DNA from: Octopus vulgaris
Taxonomy: Eukaryota
Direction of reading: 5' to 3'
Assembly: GCA_951406725.2 (NCBI GenBank)
Contig: OX597825.1
Span: 12,648,001 to 12,712,000 of the forward strand
DNA length: 64,000 nt
Each line of letters starts with the position of its first letter. The stretch's first letter is position 1. The notes below the pieces were generated by a model, which made no database searches, was not told the DNA's origin, and saw nothing but the letters and a program-made list of their open reading frames with translations. Shown one piece after another: positions 12,411 through 25,940 of the stretch. The translations under genes were made by a program, and so were the position numbers.

Positions 12411-12676
12411 TATATATATATATATATATATGTATAAAGGTTGAGTCCTCCTGATATGTTACATACCAGCAGTTCGCTTAGGACCACATACAGTTAGTTC
12501 AACAATGCTATGAACTGAGAGTTCTGTTGGTGTCACCTTCAGACTATGAGTAAGGTCCACGTTATTTGTGAAGCAGAGGTTCAATATGTTGTTTCCTCTG
12601 GTTGGCTTTAGTATCACTTGCTCCATGAACAGCATAGAAAGTTCAAGTAGTGAATCTACACGCTTAACTCTAGTTA

Positions 12677-12715
<39 letters not shown>

Positions 12716-12719
<4 letters not shown>

Positions 12720-12948
12720 ACAATAAAGGAACGGCCATAATAGGCCATTCACCCACTAGAAATAACAGCCAAAGCTTCAACCGCAAATAAAAGTTAATTC
12801 AGTAAACCAGGAGAAAATTTAAAAAACATTTACCCTGTTTTTTAAATTTTCTCCTGGTTTACTGAATTAACTTTTATTTGCGGTTGAAGCTTTGGCTGTT
12901 ATTTCTAGTGGGTGAATGGCCTATTATGGCCGTTCCTTTATTGTTGAT
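12716..12948. repeat. perfect 113-bp inverted repeat with 7-nt loop, part of a dispersed element extending to about 13060
   Basis: Arms 12716-12828 and 12836-12948 are exact reverse complements. A partial related copy lies at about 40497-40645. Confidence 0.95.
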
Positions 12949-13055
12949 GTTGAACTTAAAAATGGTCTATGACTATTTTAATTTTTTCCTACTAGGCCGC
13001 TGGTGGCAAAAGAATTCTACAAAATTTTTTTTTTTTTTTTGCCACCCTATATTGA

Positions 13056-13118
<63 letters not shown>

Positions 13119-13128
13119 TATATAAATA

Positions 13129-13379
13129 TGTGGCACGTAAAATACACCAATCCGACCGTGGCCGTTGCCAGCCTCGCCTGGCACCTGTGCAGGTGGCACG
13201 TAAAAAGCACCCACTACACTCACGGAGTGGTTGGCGTTAGGAAGGGCATCCAGCTGTAGAAACATTGCCGGATAAGACTGGAGCCTGGTGCAGCCTTCTG
13301 GCTTCCCAAATCCCCGGTCGAACCGTCCAACCCATCCTAGCATGGAGAACGGACGTTAAACGACGATGATGATGATGAT
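13129..13379 (+). mobile_element. SINE/LINE-tail fragment (family F) ending in (GAT)n
   Basis: GC-richer block with an internal gtggcacgtaaaa duplication, the motif tggcgttaggaagggcatccagc, and a (GAT)n 3' tail. Confidence 0.65.
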
Positions 13380-13397
13380 ATATATATATATATATTT

Positions 13398-13530
13398 ATG
13401 GAAGAAGCAATATTAAAGTCAACTAGCGGAAACAAGATATTGGATCTCTGCCTCACAAATAATATGGAACTTATTCATAATCTGAAGGTGACACCGACAC
13501 CACTTTTAGTTCATACTATTGTTGAACTAA
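13398..13530 (+). mobile_element. LINE (CR1/L2-like) AP-endonuclease C-terminal fragment
   Basis: STSGNKILDLCLTNNMELIHNLKVTPTPLLVH resembles the PTRGNNILDLVLTN...SDH motif. Confidence 0.6.
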
Positions 13531-13973
13531 CTATATGTATTTCTAAACGAACTGCTGGTATGTCTCTTGCACTTAAATTTCCAGAGCAGGTTGCTCGGTT
13601 CATTGAGTCTACTAGTTCGTTCCTCATAACGAATGGAGAGCCAAACCGACTGAATTACCTCGCGAAATTAATTAAATGATGCTGTGTGAGTGATGATAAA
13701 TACATACAATAACCTCGTATTTGAGATTGACAGGAGATTAATAAGTTATTGTTGATGAATATATTGTTAACTTGATTAATCAACAACCATTGTGTAGTCA
13801 CATATAATATATAATAAAGACATATATGCCGACGTACATCCAGAAACTCAGACGTACGTATAAGCATATGAGTGCATATGTAAGCATGAACTTATGTAGA
13901 TGCTTGTATAGATATGTATATTTATTTCGTACATGCTTGTGATGTGTGTGTGTGTCTGTATGCGTGTGTGTAT

Positions 13974-14280
13974 AGTGGCTTAGTGGTTAGGGCATTCGAC
14001 TCTCGATCCTCTATTCAATTCCCGGCGATGCCTTGTGTCCTTGAGTAAGACATTTTATTTCATATTTTTCCAGTCCAGTAAGCTTGCAGAAATGTGATGT
14101 ACCTGTATTTCAAATGGGCAGTATTGTCACACTAGCATTGTCACAATGTGTGTTACTATGTGTCACGTTGAATCTCCATGAGAACCACGTTATGGGTATA
14201 CGTGTCTGTTGAGTGCTCAGCCACTTGCACATTAATTTCATGAGCAGCTCGGACCCTCGTCATAGTAACAGACGGAGTTC
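13974..14280 (+). mobile_element. tRNA-derived SINE family D (diverged)
   Basis: A-box-like GTGGCTTAGTGGTTAG. The 3' half is shared with 34715-34895 (gtacctgtatttcaa...gagtgctcagccacttgca...ccctcgtc). Confidence 0.65.
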
Positions 14281-14287
14281 TTATATA

Positions 14288-14343
<56 letters not shown>

Positions 14344-14369
14344 TGTGTTTGTGAATGTATTCATATACG

Positions 14370-14690
14370 TACGCAGGTCGGCTGAACTGTTCATTGGGTG
14401 ACCATGGTACTCTCATGGAATCTGATCTTCAATTTTCAACATAGTCCCCCTTACGGCCCACACAATTCTTCTATCGGTGTTGCAGGGCATGGACCCCATT
14501 GATGATGAAGCTTTTCATCAAAAGCGTATACGATGTCATCATGACTATGATATTGGTTCCCCCTGTCATAGTGATGTCTTTTCTTGTTTTGCAACAGATA
14601 ATAGTCAAATGGGGCCAAGTCAGGAGAATAATGAGGCCGATCAACCAGGTCAAGCCCCTAATCATGCACGGTAGCCATTGAAACACATGA
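14370..14690 (-). mobile_element. mariner transposase C-terminal remnant
   Basis: Minus strand gives PHYSPDLAPFDY and GVHALQHR*KNCVGRKGDYV. Confidence 0.85.
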
Positions 14691-15157
14691 CGTGTGAACT
14701 AATGACAAAATATAACTTTCGTCTGTTTTTTTCTGAGCGTTTTCTCATCTTAGTCTTTCGTGACTGCCTCCGTGAGTTGTCACAGTTCTCTCCATGAATG
14801 CTGTAACCATTTTGAAGATTGTCAATAAACGTAATGCCTATTGCATCTCAAACAACTAAGGCTATTAACTTCCTTTGGCCAACTTTGGGGCAGGTGAGGG
14901 TGGGTGTTTCCACTTGCATCTCTTTTCTCCTTCTGTCTGTCACAAAGTGATTAACGCAACATACATTTTGTACATACATCTACATTTATATATTTAGTTC
15001 CATGGATGCTTAAATATGCATATATGTATTTCAATGAGTATGTCTACATGGCTGGCTGGATAGATGGATGGAATAATGCATATGTTTTGTTAACTGCATC
15101 CGTTGACAATGAAATTGGTTTACTACATGACCGAAATTTATTTTAAGAATCTACTTT

Positions 15158-15210
<53 letters not shown>

Positions 15211-15438
15211 TTTACGGTAATAACGGATTTTTAGAATTTTCTATCGGTTTGTTTCGAGACGCATAAATTATAATGGTTATTGACAATTTTTGTCTTTTTT
15301 TCGGCATATTTCGCATTATCATTTTTCTTCTGCCCTCATTATGTAAATTATTTATAAATTTAACCTTTAAAGGTATTTTTTGATATGCTGGCCATTCATA
15401 AAAATTATTTCCCGAAAAAGATTTTATCCTACATTAGT

Positions 15439-15559
<121 letters not shown>

Positions 15560-15684
15560 TGTATGTGTGTGTGTGTAGGCACGAAACGTTAAAGACTTTT
15601 TCAATTTCCGAGCGTTATACTAATACAGGTGTTTCTTTTCTACACTACCTGTCTCCGTCTTTTGTTTTTTTTCCCGTGAATTCT

Positions 15685-15754
<70 letters not shown>

Positions 15755-15756
15755 TT

Positions 15757-15789
<33 letters not shown>

Positions 15790-16178
15790 GTATGTATGTA
15801 TGTATGAATATATATATATAAATGTACGTTTTAATTTTTATGAAAGATTTGCTCTATAGACGTAAAGTGAACTGGTACAAATCTATAATATCCTATATTA
15901 TCGAGTTTAAATTCTTTTGACAACTTTTTCCGAATCATATAACAATTTTCCGGATTATTCATGATGTTATTGACTCTTTCATATATATTTAAATTACCGT
16001 GAATAGTTAAAGTAAAAATGATTTACAAAACGTTTGAAGTGTAGGCAAGTTGAGTGATTTCAAATATATACATTACAGATTACAGATTACATGCATATAT
16101 TAAACCATAACGGGGTTCGTTGAGTTACAGAAAAAAAAGCACTTATGGATATATACATACATACATACATATATATAC

Positions 16179-16252
<74 letters not shown>

Positions 16253-16359
16253 GTATATTCGTTGTTTGAAAAAAGTTCGTTTTCTATGATTTTGTTTTTA
16301 TGTTTTCGTTTCTCATTGTGTTCAACGTTTTGATTTTGATGTCCTGTACCAATATATGC

Positions 16360-16444
<85 letters not shown>

Positions 16445-17075
16445 CGTGTGTGTGTGTGTGTAGGTATGTACATATATGTATGTATATATGCGTATATTTA
16501 TATATTATTTATATTATTATATGATCGAACGTCAAGCATCTTTTTCCAAGTAAAGTTTATCTCAATAATTACTATGTGCACTCTTCTATCTCTACTATTT
16601 CCTCTCTGTCTTTTTCTCTCCCTCTCTTCTTCTTCATCCTTTCTGGTTTTCTCTCCCACCCTTCCCTATTCTTCTCATCTCCTCTTCTTCGTTCCCTCTC
16701 TCTCACTCTTCCTCCTTGACTCTCTCGTCGCTGACACGTGGCGAAAGAGAATCTATCTTTCTACCCATTGCCTTCCTAAATACAACACGTGTTTATACCT
16801 GTCTCCTCTCATAAGATCGTCTTCCTAGCTTTCATAATAATTTTTCTATCGTCTTGGCTTAACAGCCCTCACCGTTTGTTTTTACTGTTTTGTTCTCACT
16901 GTCCTGTTCTTGTTACCACTTTCACCCTCCGTAAAAAACCCCACATATTATTTAATTTTCTTTGCTGGCACATATTTAAATTAGAGAAGAACCACCATGA
17001 AGTAATTCAACAATGATATACTTAAATCATACCATATATTATAGATTATATATATATATATAAATTATATATATA

Positions 17076-17499
17076 GGCGCAGGAGTGGCTGTTTGGTAAG
17101 TAGCTTGCTAACCAACCACTTGGTTCCGGGTTCAGTCCCACTGCGTGGCATCTTGGGCAAGTATCTTCTGCTATAGCCCCGGGCCGACCAATGCCTTGTG
17201 AGTGGATTTGGTAGACCGAAACTGAAAGAAGCCTGTCGTATATATGTATATATATATATAAGTGTGTGTGAATATGTTTGTGTGTCTGTGTTTGTTCCCC
17301 TAGCATTGCTTGACAACCGATGCTGGTGTGTTTACGTCCCCGTAACTTAGCGGTTCGGCAAAAGAGACCGATAGAATAAGTACTGGGCTTACAAAGAATA
17401 AGTCCCGGGGTCGATTTGCTCGACTAAAGGCGGTGCTCCAGCATGGCCGCAGTCAAATGACTGAAACAAGTAAAAAGAGTAAAAAAGAAAAAAAAAAGA

Positions 17500-17500
<1 letters not shown>
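17076..17500 (+). mobile_element. SINE family A (full length)
   Basis: Near-identical to 1039-1454. Confidence 0.9.
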
Positions 17501-17561
<61 letters not shown>

Positions 17562-18156
17562 GTATATATCTATGTGTGTGTTTTGTGTCTGTGTTAGTTA
17601 CTACCAACGCTTGACAACCGTTGTCGGTGCGTTTATGTCACTGTTACCTGGCGTTCGGCTTAATAGCCCGGTAGAATAAGTACCAGTCATAAAACAAGTC
17701 GGGGGGGAGATCCTAAAAGAAACTGGTTTGATATAGTCAAAACTATTTTATAAGTGAACAAAACTGGTGGACAAAACTATTATATGAGAATGCTTAAGAA
17801 TTGCAGTGAAAAGCGTCAACGGGATATCCTTGACACTCTTTTTTCAAAATTATTTTTCTTTACTTATTTCAGTCATTTGACTATGGCCATGCTGGAGCAC
17901 CGCCTTTAGTCGAGCAAATCGACTGAATCATATCTGCTGAATAAAACGCAATCAGTGTTTTCTTTTCATTGAAAAATAATTAAGCATGCTTTTATTTCAA
18001 TAGAATTTTTGGTTTTGTTAAACGAAGTTAAGGCAAATATTCTTGAGAAACCGAATAGTTCTTCCTTCTTTCATGCCAAGTTTAAATAAAATATCTCTTT
18101 TGCATCTTACTTTTTTGGTCTCTTAAATATACTGCATTTTGTGGCATTATTTCAAG

Positions 18157-18422
18157 CTAGCCACCTTTTTATGCGCAACCTGCACGTGCCTTTTTCTCGC
18201 GTACGCGTAATATCGATCGCAACAGCTGATGTACTTGCGCATACAAATGCACGTTCCCACGGCTTTATCGATCGCATTCTCATCTGGAATCGATTTTTGT
18301 AATTTTTGCAAGACTTATACACGCCCTAACACTGTCGGTATCTACATATCAAATTTGAGCGCAATCGGATGGAGGATGCCCGAGATCGTAGAAGACACAG
18401 ACAGACAGAACGGATTCTATAT
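18157..18422 (-). mobile_element. possible non-autonomous Helitron (second family)
   Basis: The minus strand starts in (TA)n, carries tctgtctgtctgtgtc and ccgattgcgctcaaatttg, and ends with a short GC hairpin followed by CTAG. Confidence 0.45.
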
Positions 18423-18424
18423 AT

Positions 18425-18455
<31 letters not shown>

Positions 18456-18497
18456 CATATATGCATTCATACATACATATAAATATATAAACGTTTG

Positions 18498-18635
<138 letters not shown>

Positions 18636-18993
18636 AAATGCAAGCATAGCTACACAAACCCACGAGCATACCTTATTCAAATAAATACAAACGCATGTAC
18701 GCAGCATCCTAAAACTTTTATAGAAACGAAGCTAATTAGTTTATTCTAGCGATACAAGCAAGTATATCAATGCCAGTCACTTACTGCATTCCACGTGTGG
18801 GCAGCTGTAAAAACATTAATAGTACAACAGGGAAACTATTGTGATTAGTGAGGTGTTGAGGTGTTGATGACTAAGGAATTACACCATTTCCTAACATAGC
18901 TGTCATTGAAACTCTGTCTTAGATAGCTCTGTATTGTTTTTCGTGAAGAATAACTATTTAATTTTGTTTTAATTTAATATTTAATACACAGTA

Positions 18994-19135
18994 GTCAAGA
19001 CTACTGAAATGGTTGCAAGATGCAAGAAAAAGTTTAGGAAAATGAAAGTGAATAATTAGTGGAAATTTTACCAGTGAGTGTGTTAAATTATAAGGCACAA
19101 AAAATGACTCTCCCCAGACGCAACAGCATATTCAA
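18994..19135 (+). mobile_element. PLE-terminal-repeat-like family P1 copy with degenerate hammerhead-like motif
   Basis: Homologous to 19420-19657 and 45135-45621. Motif reads GTC-aaga-CTA CTGAAAT G GTTGC aagat GCAA GAAA. Confidence 0.6.
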
Positions 19136-19351
19136 TAAGTTTATATATTAAAAGTAATTTAATGATTTTCGTGGCACTTTTAAGGTGATCATACATTACA
19201 TAAAGACTAACGGTGCATAAAAACCGACACATATATTGCACTTCAAGCAGACATACAAATACATATAAATGTTACATATTTATGTTTATGTGTGTGTGTG
19301 TGTTTCTGTTCGTGTGTATGTGTGTGTGCATGTGGGCGCGCTTGTGCGTAC

Positions 19352-19398
<47 letters not shown>

Positions 19399-19419
19399 AT
19401 ATATATTAAAGTTTAATAC

Positions 19420-19657
19420 ATCTTTCGTTTTTGGATTTGGTTTGCAAGATTCTTTATATGAGTTCGTGTGTTGAAGCATATTCTGTTGTGTATGGGGAGA
19501 GTCATTCTCTTTTGGTGCCTTATAATTTGACACACTCACCGGTAAAATTTCCACTTATTTTGTCTTTTTATTTTCCTAAAATTTTCGTTGCGTTTTGCAG
19601 CCTTTTCAATAGTCTTGACTCTAAAAGAGAATGACTCTCCTCAGACACAACAGAATT
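19420..19657 (-). mobile_element. family P1 element with a short inverted copy and a U3-A8 hammerhead-like motif at 19574-19619
   Basis: Minus strand reads GTC-aaga-CTA TTGAAAA G GCTGC aaaac GCAAC GAAA AT TT TAGGA. Bases 19623-19657 are an inverted copy of about 19480-19513. Confidence 0.7.
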
Positions 19658-19689
19658 TAATATATCTTTTCTACATTAAAGTATATAGT

Positions 19690-20048
19690 CTCTTTACTAT
19701 TTTTACTCTTTTACTTGTTTCAGTCATTTGAGCTCCGCCTTTAATTAAGCAAATCGACCCCAGGACTTATTCTTTGTAAGCCTAGTACTTATTCTATCGG
19801 TCTCTTTTGCCGAAACGCTAATTTACGGGGACGTAAACACACCAGCATCGGTTGTTAAACGATGTTGGGGGGACAAACACAGACATACAAACATATACAA
19901 ATACATACATATCTATATATACATATATACGACGGGTTTCTTTGAATTCCGTCTACGAAAGCCACTCATAAGGCTTTGGTCGGCCCGAGGCAATAGTAGA
20001 AGACACTTTCCCTAGGTGTCACGCAGTGGGAATGAACCTGGAACCATG
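19690..20048 (-). mobile_element. SINE family A
   Basis: Reverse-complement match from the tail (ttttactcttttacttgtttcagtc) to the head. Confidence 0.85.
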
Positions 20049-20095
20049 TGTGCGGATATGTGCGGGTATGGACGTGTGTGTGTGCGGACCTGCGA

Positions 20096-20425
20096 GTATG
20101 TGCGTATATAGACTTGTTTTACAATTATTGCTTATTTTTTACACTATTTTTACACATTTTTCTGTACTTTGCCTTAAGCCCTGTTTTTACTTGTGCATGT
20201 GCGTAAATAGACGTAAATGCATTTTTTGTGCGTTTATAGAAGTGTGCGTATATAGACGTATGCGGGTATGTGCATGTATTCGACGTGTATGTGCGTGCAT
20301 GCGAGTATGTGCGTATATATAGACGTATTTTACTCTTATTGATTATGTGTTACAGATTTCTTTACACATTTATCTGTATTTTGCCGTAAGCTGTTTTTAC
20401 TTGTGCATGTGCGTATATAGACATG
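20096..20425. repeat. local imperfect direct duplication (unit about 120 bp, offset about 210 bp)
   Basis: gtatgtgcgtatatagac...ctgtttttacttgtgcatgtgcgta.atagac occurs at about 20096-20212 and 20305-20422. Confidence 0.75.
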
Positions 20426-20763
20426 TGTATGAACATCCTTTGTGCGCGCGTGTGTGCTAGCCTGTATGCGGGTATGTATGTATATATATATTTGGCGAAT
20501 GTGAGGGTGAACATGTGTGTGTTTCAAGTGAGGGTCGATGAGTATATACATATAGGCGCATGTACATGGGTGTCCGGGCGCGCATGTATATGTATGGACA
20601 TGAGCGCTTACGGGATTACTATCAATCTTTTTACTAACTTAACTTTTATTACCTCTAATTACTTAGCGGTCATTCTAATAGCTCTTTTGACTTAACGTTC
20701 AATAACACAGAAATTTCCCTTTGTTTTAACGGTTATTTCCATAGCATTATTTTTCGATGGCTC

Positions 20764-20824
20764 GATAACTGAAGACAAGCCGGCGTGGATTTCTGCCTTG
20801 ACATCCGAAACTCGGAGTTTTATC
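20764..20824 (+). ncRNA. hammerhead-like motif with an 11-nt insertion before stem II
   Basis: GATAA CTGAAGA caagccggcgt GGAT-ttctgccttgac-ATCC GAAA CTC g GAG TT TTATC. Confidence 0.6.
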
Positions 20825-20844
20825 ATGGCTACCAAATAATTGTC

Positions 20845-20908
<64 letters not shown>

Positions 20909-20983
20909 TTGTGTGTGTGTGTGTGTGTGTGTATTTATATATGTATGTATATGTGTATATATTTATATATATATGTATGTGTG

Positions 20984-21014
<31 letters not shown>

Positions 21015-21041
21015 GTGTGTGTATATATATATATGTATATA

Positions 21042-21081
<40 letters not shown>

Positions 21082-21194
21082 AAGATATATATATATATAT
21101 ATAGATATACATATACATGTATATATATACAAAAACACATAGCTAGAAATGTCTTTCTACCTCTGGCATAATCTTTGTCTGTGTGTAAGTATAT

Positions 21195-21244
<50 letters not shown>

Positions 21245-21523
21245 ATGAGTGTGTGTGCGAGTGTGAGTTTGGAGAAATAAATGACAATATCTCTTTTCTA
21301 AAGAATTAACCACTTTTACAATTAGTTATTCACAATTCGTTAGAGATTTATAAATGGAATCGTGACCTTTTATTCTCAGTGATTAGTCTTTTTTTTCTAA
21401 GAATAGGGGGCTCGCTAATGAGGGATTGACTTTCTCGCATACATGCATATATACATACATACAAACACACATACATACCTACATATACATGTACAAGCAT
21501 ACATGCATGCACACATAGATAAA

Positions 21524-21573
<50 letters not shown>

Positions 21574-21820
21574 CGCACAAACACACAATTACATCTTCTC
21601 GTATACATCAGGAATGTAAACTGCGTGACCTCTTTGATTCAGCTTATGTGTACATATATTATACTGAGTTCCCATTATATATACATACACATACGTACAT
21701 ACATACATACATACGTACATTCATACATACATATTTACACACATATATAAGTATATATATATAAATATATATATATAAGTACATATTTATATATGCATAT
21801 ATATGTGTACATATATATAC

Positions 21821-21865
<45 letters not shown>

Positions 21866-22427
21866 TATGCATATATACATATATATATTACCTATACATA
21901 AATATTTATATATATATACATATATAGATATGCCCTTATAGCTATACTCACATATAGACAGGAATACTCTCACCTGCATACATAATCATACACTTAATCG
22001 CATGCTCAATCTGATAAATCACCCCCCACATTTTCTCACACACACACACACACACACACACATAAATATCAGTATTAAAGTGTACATCCTTGTCATGATC
22101 GCTAAAATATATACATACCTAGGCTGCGATTATCACGAACCGGAACAGATACATAATAAAACGAGACAAATATCTTTGCTTCAAAAGTGCTTTTTTTATG
22201 TGTTAAAAATTTTGTTCGGAACGTACTAATTGTTCCGGATTTCATAACATTAAATTGATCGATCGGGGCTATTTTCTCGAATCGATAAATAATGCACCTT
22301 AAAAATGTCTACTTCAACATTGTGTATATATGAATATCGTATATGGAATTTTAACGATGCTATCTTTATCTATATGTGTATATGTACGAATACATGCTAG
22401 AATTTGTGCCATTAAGCTAATGCGTAT

Positions 22428-22834
22428 ACTCTTTACTCTTTTACTCTTTTACTTGTTTCAGTCATTTTGACTGCGGCCATGCTGGAGCACCGCCTTTAAT
22501 CGAGCAACTCGACCCCGGGACTTATTCTTTTGTAAGCCCAGTACTTATTCTATCGGTCTCTTTTGCCGAACCGCTAAGTAACGGGGACATAAACACACCA
22601 GCATCGGTTTTCAAGCAATGCTAGAAGGACAAACACAGACACAAACACACACACGCATATATATATATACATATATACGACGGGCTTCTTTCAGTTTCCG
22701 TCTACCAAATCCACTCACAAGGCTTTGGTCGGCCCGAGGCTACAGTAGAAGACACCTGCCCAAGGTGCCACGCAGTGGGACTGAACCCGGAACCATGTGG
22801 TTGGTAAAAAAGCTACTTACCACACAGCCACTCC
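22428..22834 (-). mobile_element. SINE family A (full length)
   Basis: High-identity reverse complement of 1039-1454. Confidence 0.9.
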
Positions 22835-22882
22835 GTGTAAAATACATACATATAAATGTATGTATAATATGTATAAAGTGAT

Positions 22883-22912
22883 GTACAGTTCCCCTATATA
22901 GGGGAACTGTAC
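22883..22912. repeat. perfect 30-bp palindrome
   Basis: GTACAGTTCCCCTAT|ATAGGGGAACTGTAC. Confidence 0.9.
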
Positions 22913-24492
22913 CCCTCTTTTGTACACATGTATGTGTGTATTTGTATATCTGTATATCATCTTTGTGTATATAATTCCTGTATTTTACATATACACATGC
23001 TTGTATTCATATAGTTAGAAAGGACACGTCGAATATGGAATCCAAGGATTGTTATAAGTTTCTCCCTTTATCACTAGTCTGTTGCATTAACAATCAGTTT
23101 AATTTTTTTTTTGTTTCTTGCAGAAACCAACAATCCTTGACGTTTTAATTTTTCAGAAGTACAAATGAAAATCTAAAACCTAGTTATAAGATGTAAAATT
23201 TTTGCATTTGTTCAACAAAGATGTTCTCTGTTGTTTTACGAATTTCAGTCGAGTGTTCAAAACTGCCAAATAGCTAATCTATATTATTTTGCATGATCTT
23301 TGCTTCCTGTTACACGTAAAATATTTGGCATTTTCTTTTCCATAAAGTGATAATATTTATTGGAATGTTCTAATATTCTATATTATCTTGCAAAGGGTGG
23401 CTCCACTCCAGTTCTGGTAAAGGTTTGTTAGAGCCGCCAACAGAAACTTTCCTGAGTGTTGCAATGTATATTCTTTTAGCGATAATACCACGAGTCAGGG
23501 AAGGAATTTTTTTCCTGATATTTTTAGTCAGCTCCTGATGGGAGGGTGATCCCTTCGTAACCAGTATGGTACAGTCGACATTTTGCATAATGAATGGACA
23601 TCTAGAGACAACCTTTTCTTCCTTGTTATTCAAATATTGTGTTGCTACTTCCTGTTCCAAGATAGCACATTCATAGTTTCCCTTGTATGTTTCGCTTTAG
23701 ATACCCTTTTCACACACTTTGGCACGAGAGTAGCAATTTCTGCGGGGCGGGTGCGTCGTTTACATCGCCCTAAGTGCTCAACTGGTACCAGTTTTACCAT
23801 CCCCGAAAGGATAAGAAGGCTAAGTCGACCCCAGTGCTATTTGATTTCAGAAGGAAAATTCTGAAGAAATGCTGCAAATAATTTTGTACAACGACGTAGA
23901 GGTTCAACCGTCTCACCATCTAAATATATTCCATGATATTGACTAGAGTATTTGACTATAATATATTCTCAACGAGATCAGATAAATACATTCAAAGTTC
24001 CTTGGCATGTCTTCAAATCCGGAGGCAAACGGACATAGCCAAATATCATAAAGCATTTTGTTCGTTGACTTAAGGAGTAGTTCTCAAAACCTAAACTGTA
24101 TTAAATATCAAACCTCTTCACCGAGTTATCCATTTTAAGAATTGCATATATCTCATGATCCTTCAGATATTTTCTTAGGTTCCTTTATTCGATTTAGATT
24201 CCAGCGTCTTCTACATTCGCATCCACAGAAATGCACAATTATAAGCAGGCTACCTCTTTCATACTAACTCTCTAAATTTATATTACAAATACATTTATTT
24301 TTTATCGTTAAAATGATGGATTTAATTTAGATTTATTTAAAAAAATATTTTACAAACCTTAGTGTATCTCTTTCCACGATATATGTTGTAAGATTGTCAA
24401 AGAGAGCAGTCAATATTTCTTTATGCATTGCAGTGGTAAATTATTGGAACTACGAACTCCAAAGAAAAATATTCAATAGGAATTGAGATGAG

Positions 24493-24545
<53 letters not shown>

Positions 24546-24738
24546 ATGAGGGGTTTGGTTCATTGTTGATTTAAACGAATAAGTATACTGTGTAAGAGCT
24601 GTTAGGTTCCAAGTTCAGGCTTTCGAGTTAGCAGGTATATATTACTGTTTTACTCTTTGCTCTTTACGCTTCTATTTACTATTTTATTCCTTTAAAAACT
24701 GTGAATTCCTTGTCTAGAACTTTCATACATACTCACCT

Positions 24739-24787
24739 TGTATCTGATGACGGAATAGCCAGTGTATGCAGAAACAGCTGTAAGACA
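24739..24787 (+). ncRNA. type I hammerhead ribozyme-like motif (canonical core, eroded stem II)
   Basis: TGTAT CTGATGA cggaata-gccagtg-tatgca GAAA CAGCTG TA AGACA, with a palindromic stem III and a GUA cleavage triplet. Confidence 0.65.
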
Positions 24788-25469
24788 GCCAATAATTAAT
24801 TGATTAATTAATCACCTCAAATTCCTCTTTACTCTACTTAAATATTCTAAATGACTTGTGATAATCGTCCTGCCTTAGTTTTTGGTGTCCTTTTCCCTCT
24901 AAGGTGTGCATACATACATACATACATACATACATACATAAATACATGCATGCATACATACATGCAGGCATACATACATACATACATACATACATACATA
25001 CATACATACATACATACATACATACATGCATACATACTTACCTAAAACATCTAAACGTAACGTTTGGAATAAATTTAGATAGCAAACAAATATAGAGATA
25101 TAGCAAATACCACAAACGTAAAACTAATATTCTAATGCAATGATCTTTGCTTCGAAAGGGTAAATAACCTTGAAACGAATGATAAGTGGCAGCTGGCAGC
25201 ATGTACGAATAAAGGCTAATAAATGAAACATCACGAATTCTCTTCGAGTTAGATGATATTGATGAAGAATTTTCTAGAGACAAAAGTACATAGGACATGA
25301 TTTTTAACAGAAAATTTAATATGACTAATTTATTACCTTACACGATAATTGAAATGCAAGTGCTATTACGACTCAAAATACATTTCACAAGCTGTGCCTT
25401 TGCGTTAAGCTTGGTCGAAATTCTCAAATAGTTTTGGCACAAAATTTAATTTTGATCTTTTCAACCGAA

Positions 25470-25940
25470 TTCTTCAGAGCCACCTTAAATCATCTGTGAC
25501 ATCAAAGCATCGCATTTTTTGGTACTGCTCTTTGTTGGGTAGAGCAGATGGAAATCGGGAGGTTGGAGCGCACAAGGTCCAGATTGTAAGTTAGATGTCG
25601 GTGCTCTACCTCCAAGAGTGTGCCGAACGTTGGTTCATGAATTTCTTAGTCCGTGTATAAGTGTGATGCCATTCCGTGGATTCAACCTTCGTTTTCAGTT
25701 CGTAAAAATACAATCACGTTTCTGATCAGATAAAAGAAAACATTTTTCCTTAGTGAACCTTTCCAACAGATTTCTGTCTTCTCTCATTCATATTGGGTAT
25801 CAGCTCCCAACAAACACACTTTCCTCGCACGGATTTTTGCACGAAGAGTTCCACTATCCGCGCTATCTTCAGTTCAGTAGTGCAGCAAACTCACGGATTG
25901 TGAGACGTCTGTCCGAACGGAGGAAATCGTCTCACCGTTG
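25470..25940 (-). mobile_element. decayed mariner transposase
   Basis: Minus strand gives LRSDRRLTIREF (HTH region), RKVC, ET*LYFYELKTKVESTEW (DETW..YDPETK-like) and PDFHL. Confidence 0.75.

Noticed and set aside
12855-12898. Possible ribozyme core in the perfect palindrome (CTGAATT...GAAGCTT)
   Set aside because: Positions 8, 9 and 15.1 and stem I do not fit a hammerhead.
23101-23200. Strong splice-acceptor-like site (ttttttttttgtttcttgcag at 23103-23123)
   Set aside because: No convincing coding exon or donor follows. RNA-seq would be needed to support an exon.
23370-23660. 96-aa non-repetitive minus-strand ORF
   Set aside because: No motif that I recognise. It may be a retroelement remnant, but this is unsupported without a database search.
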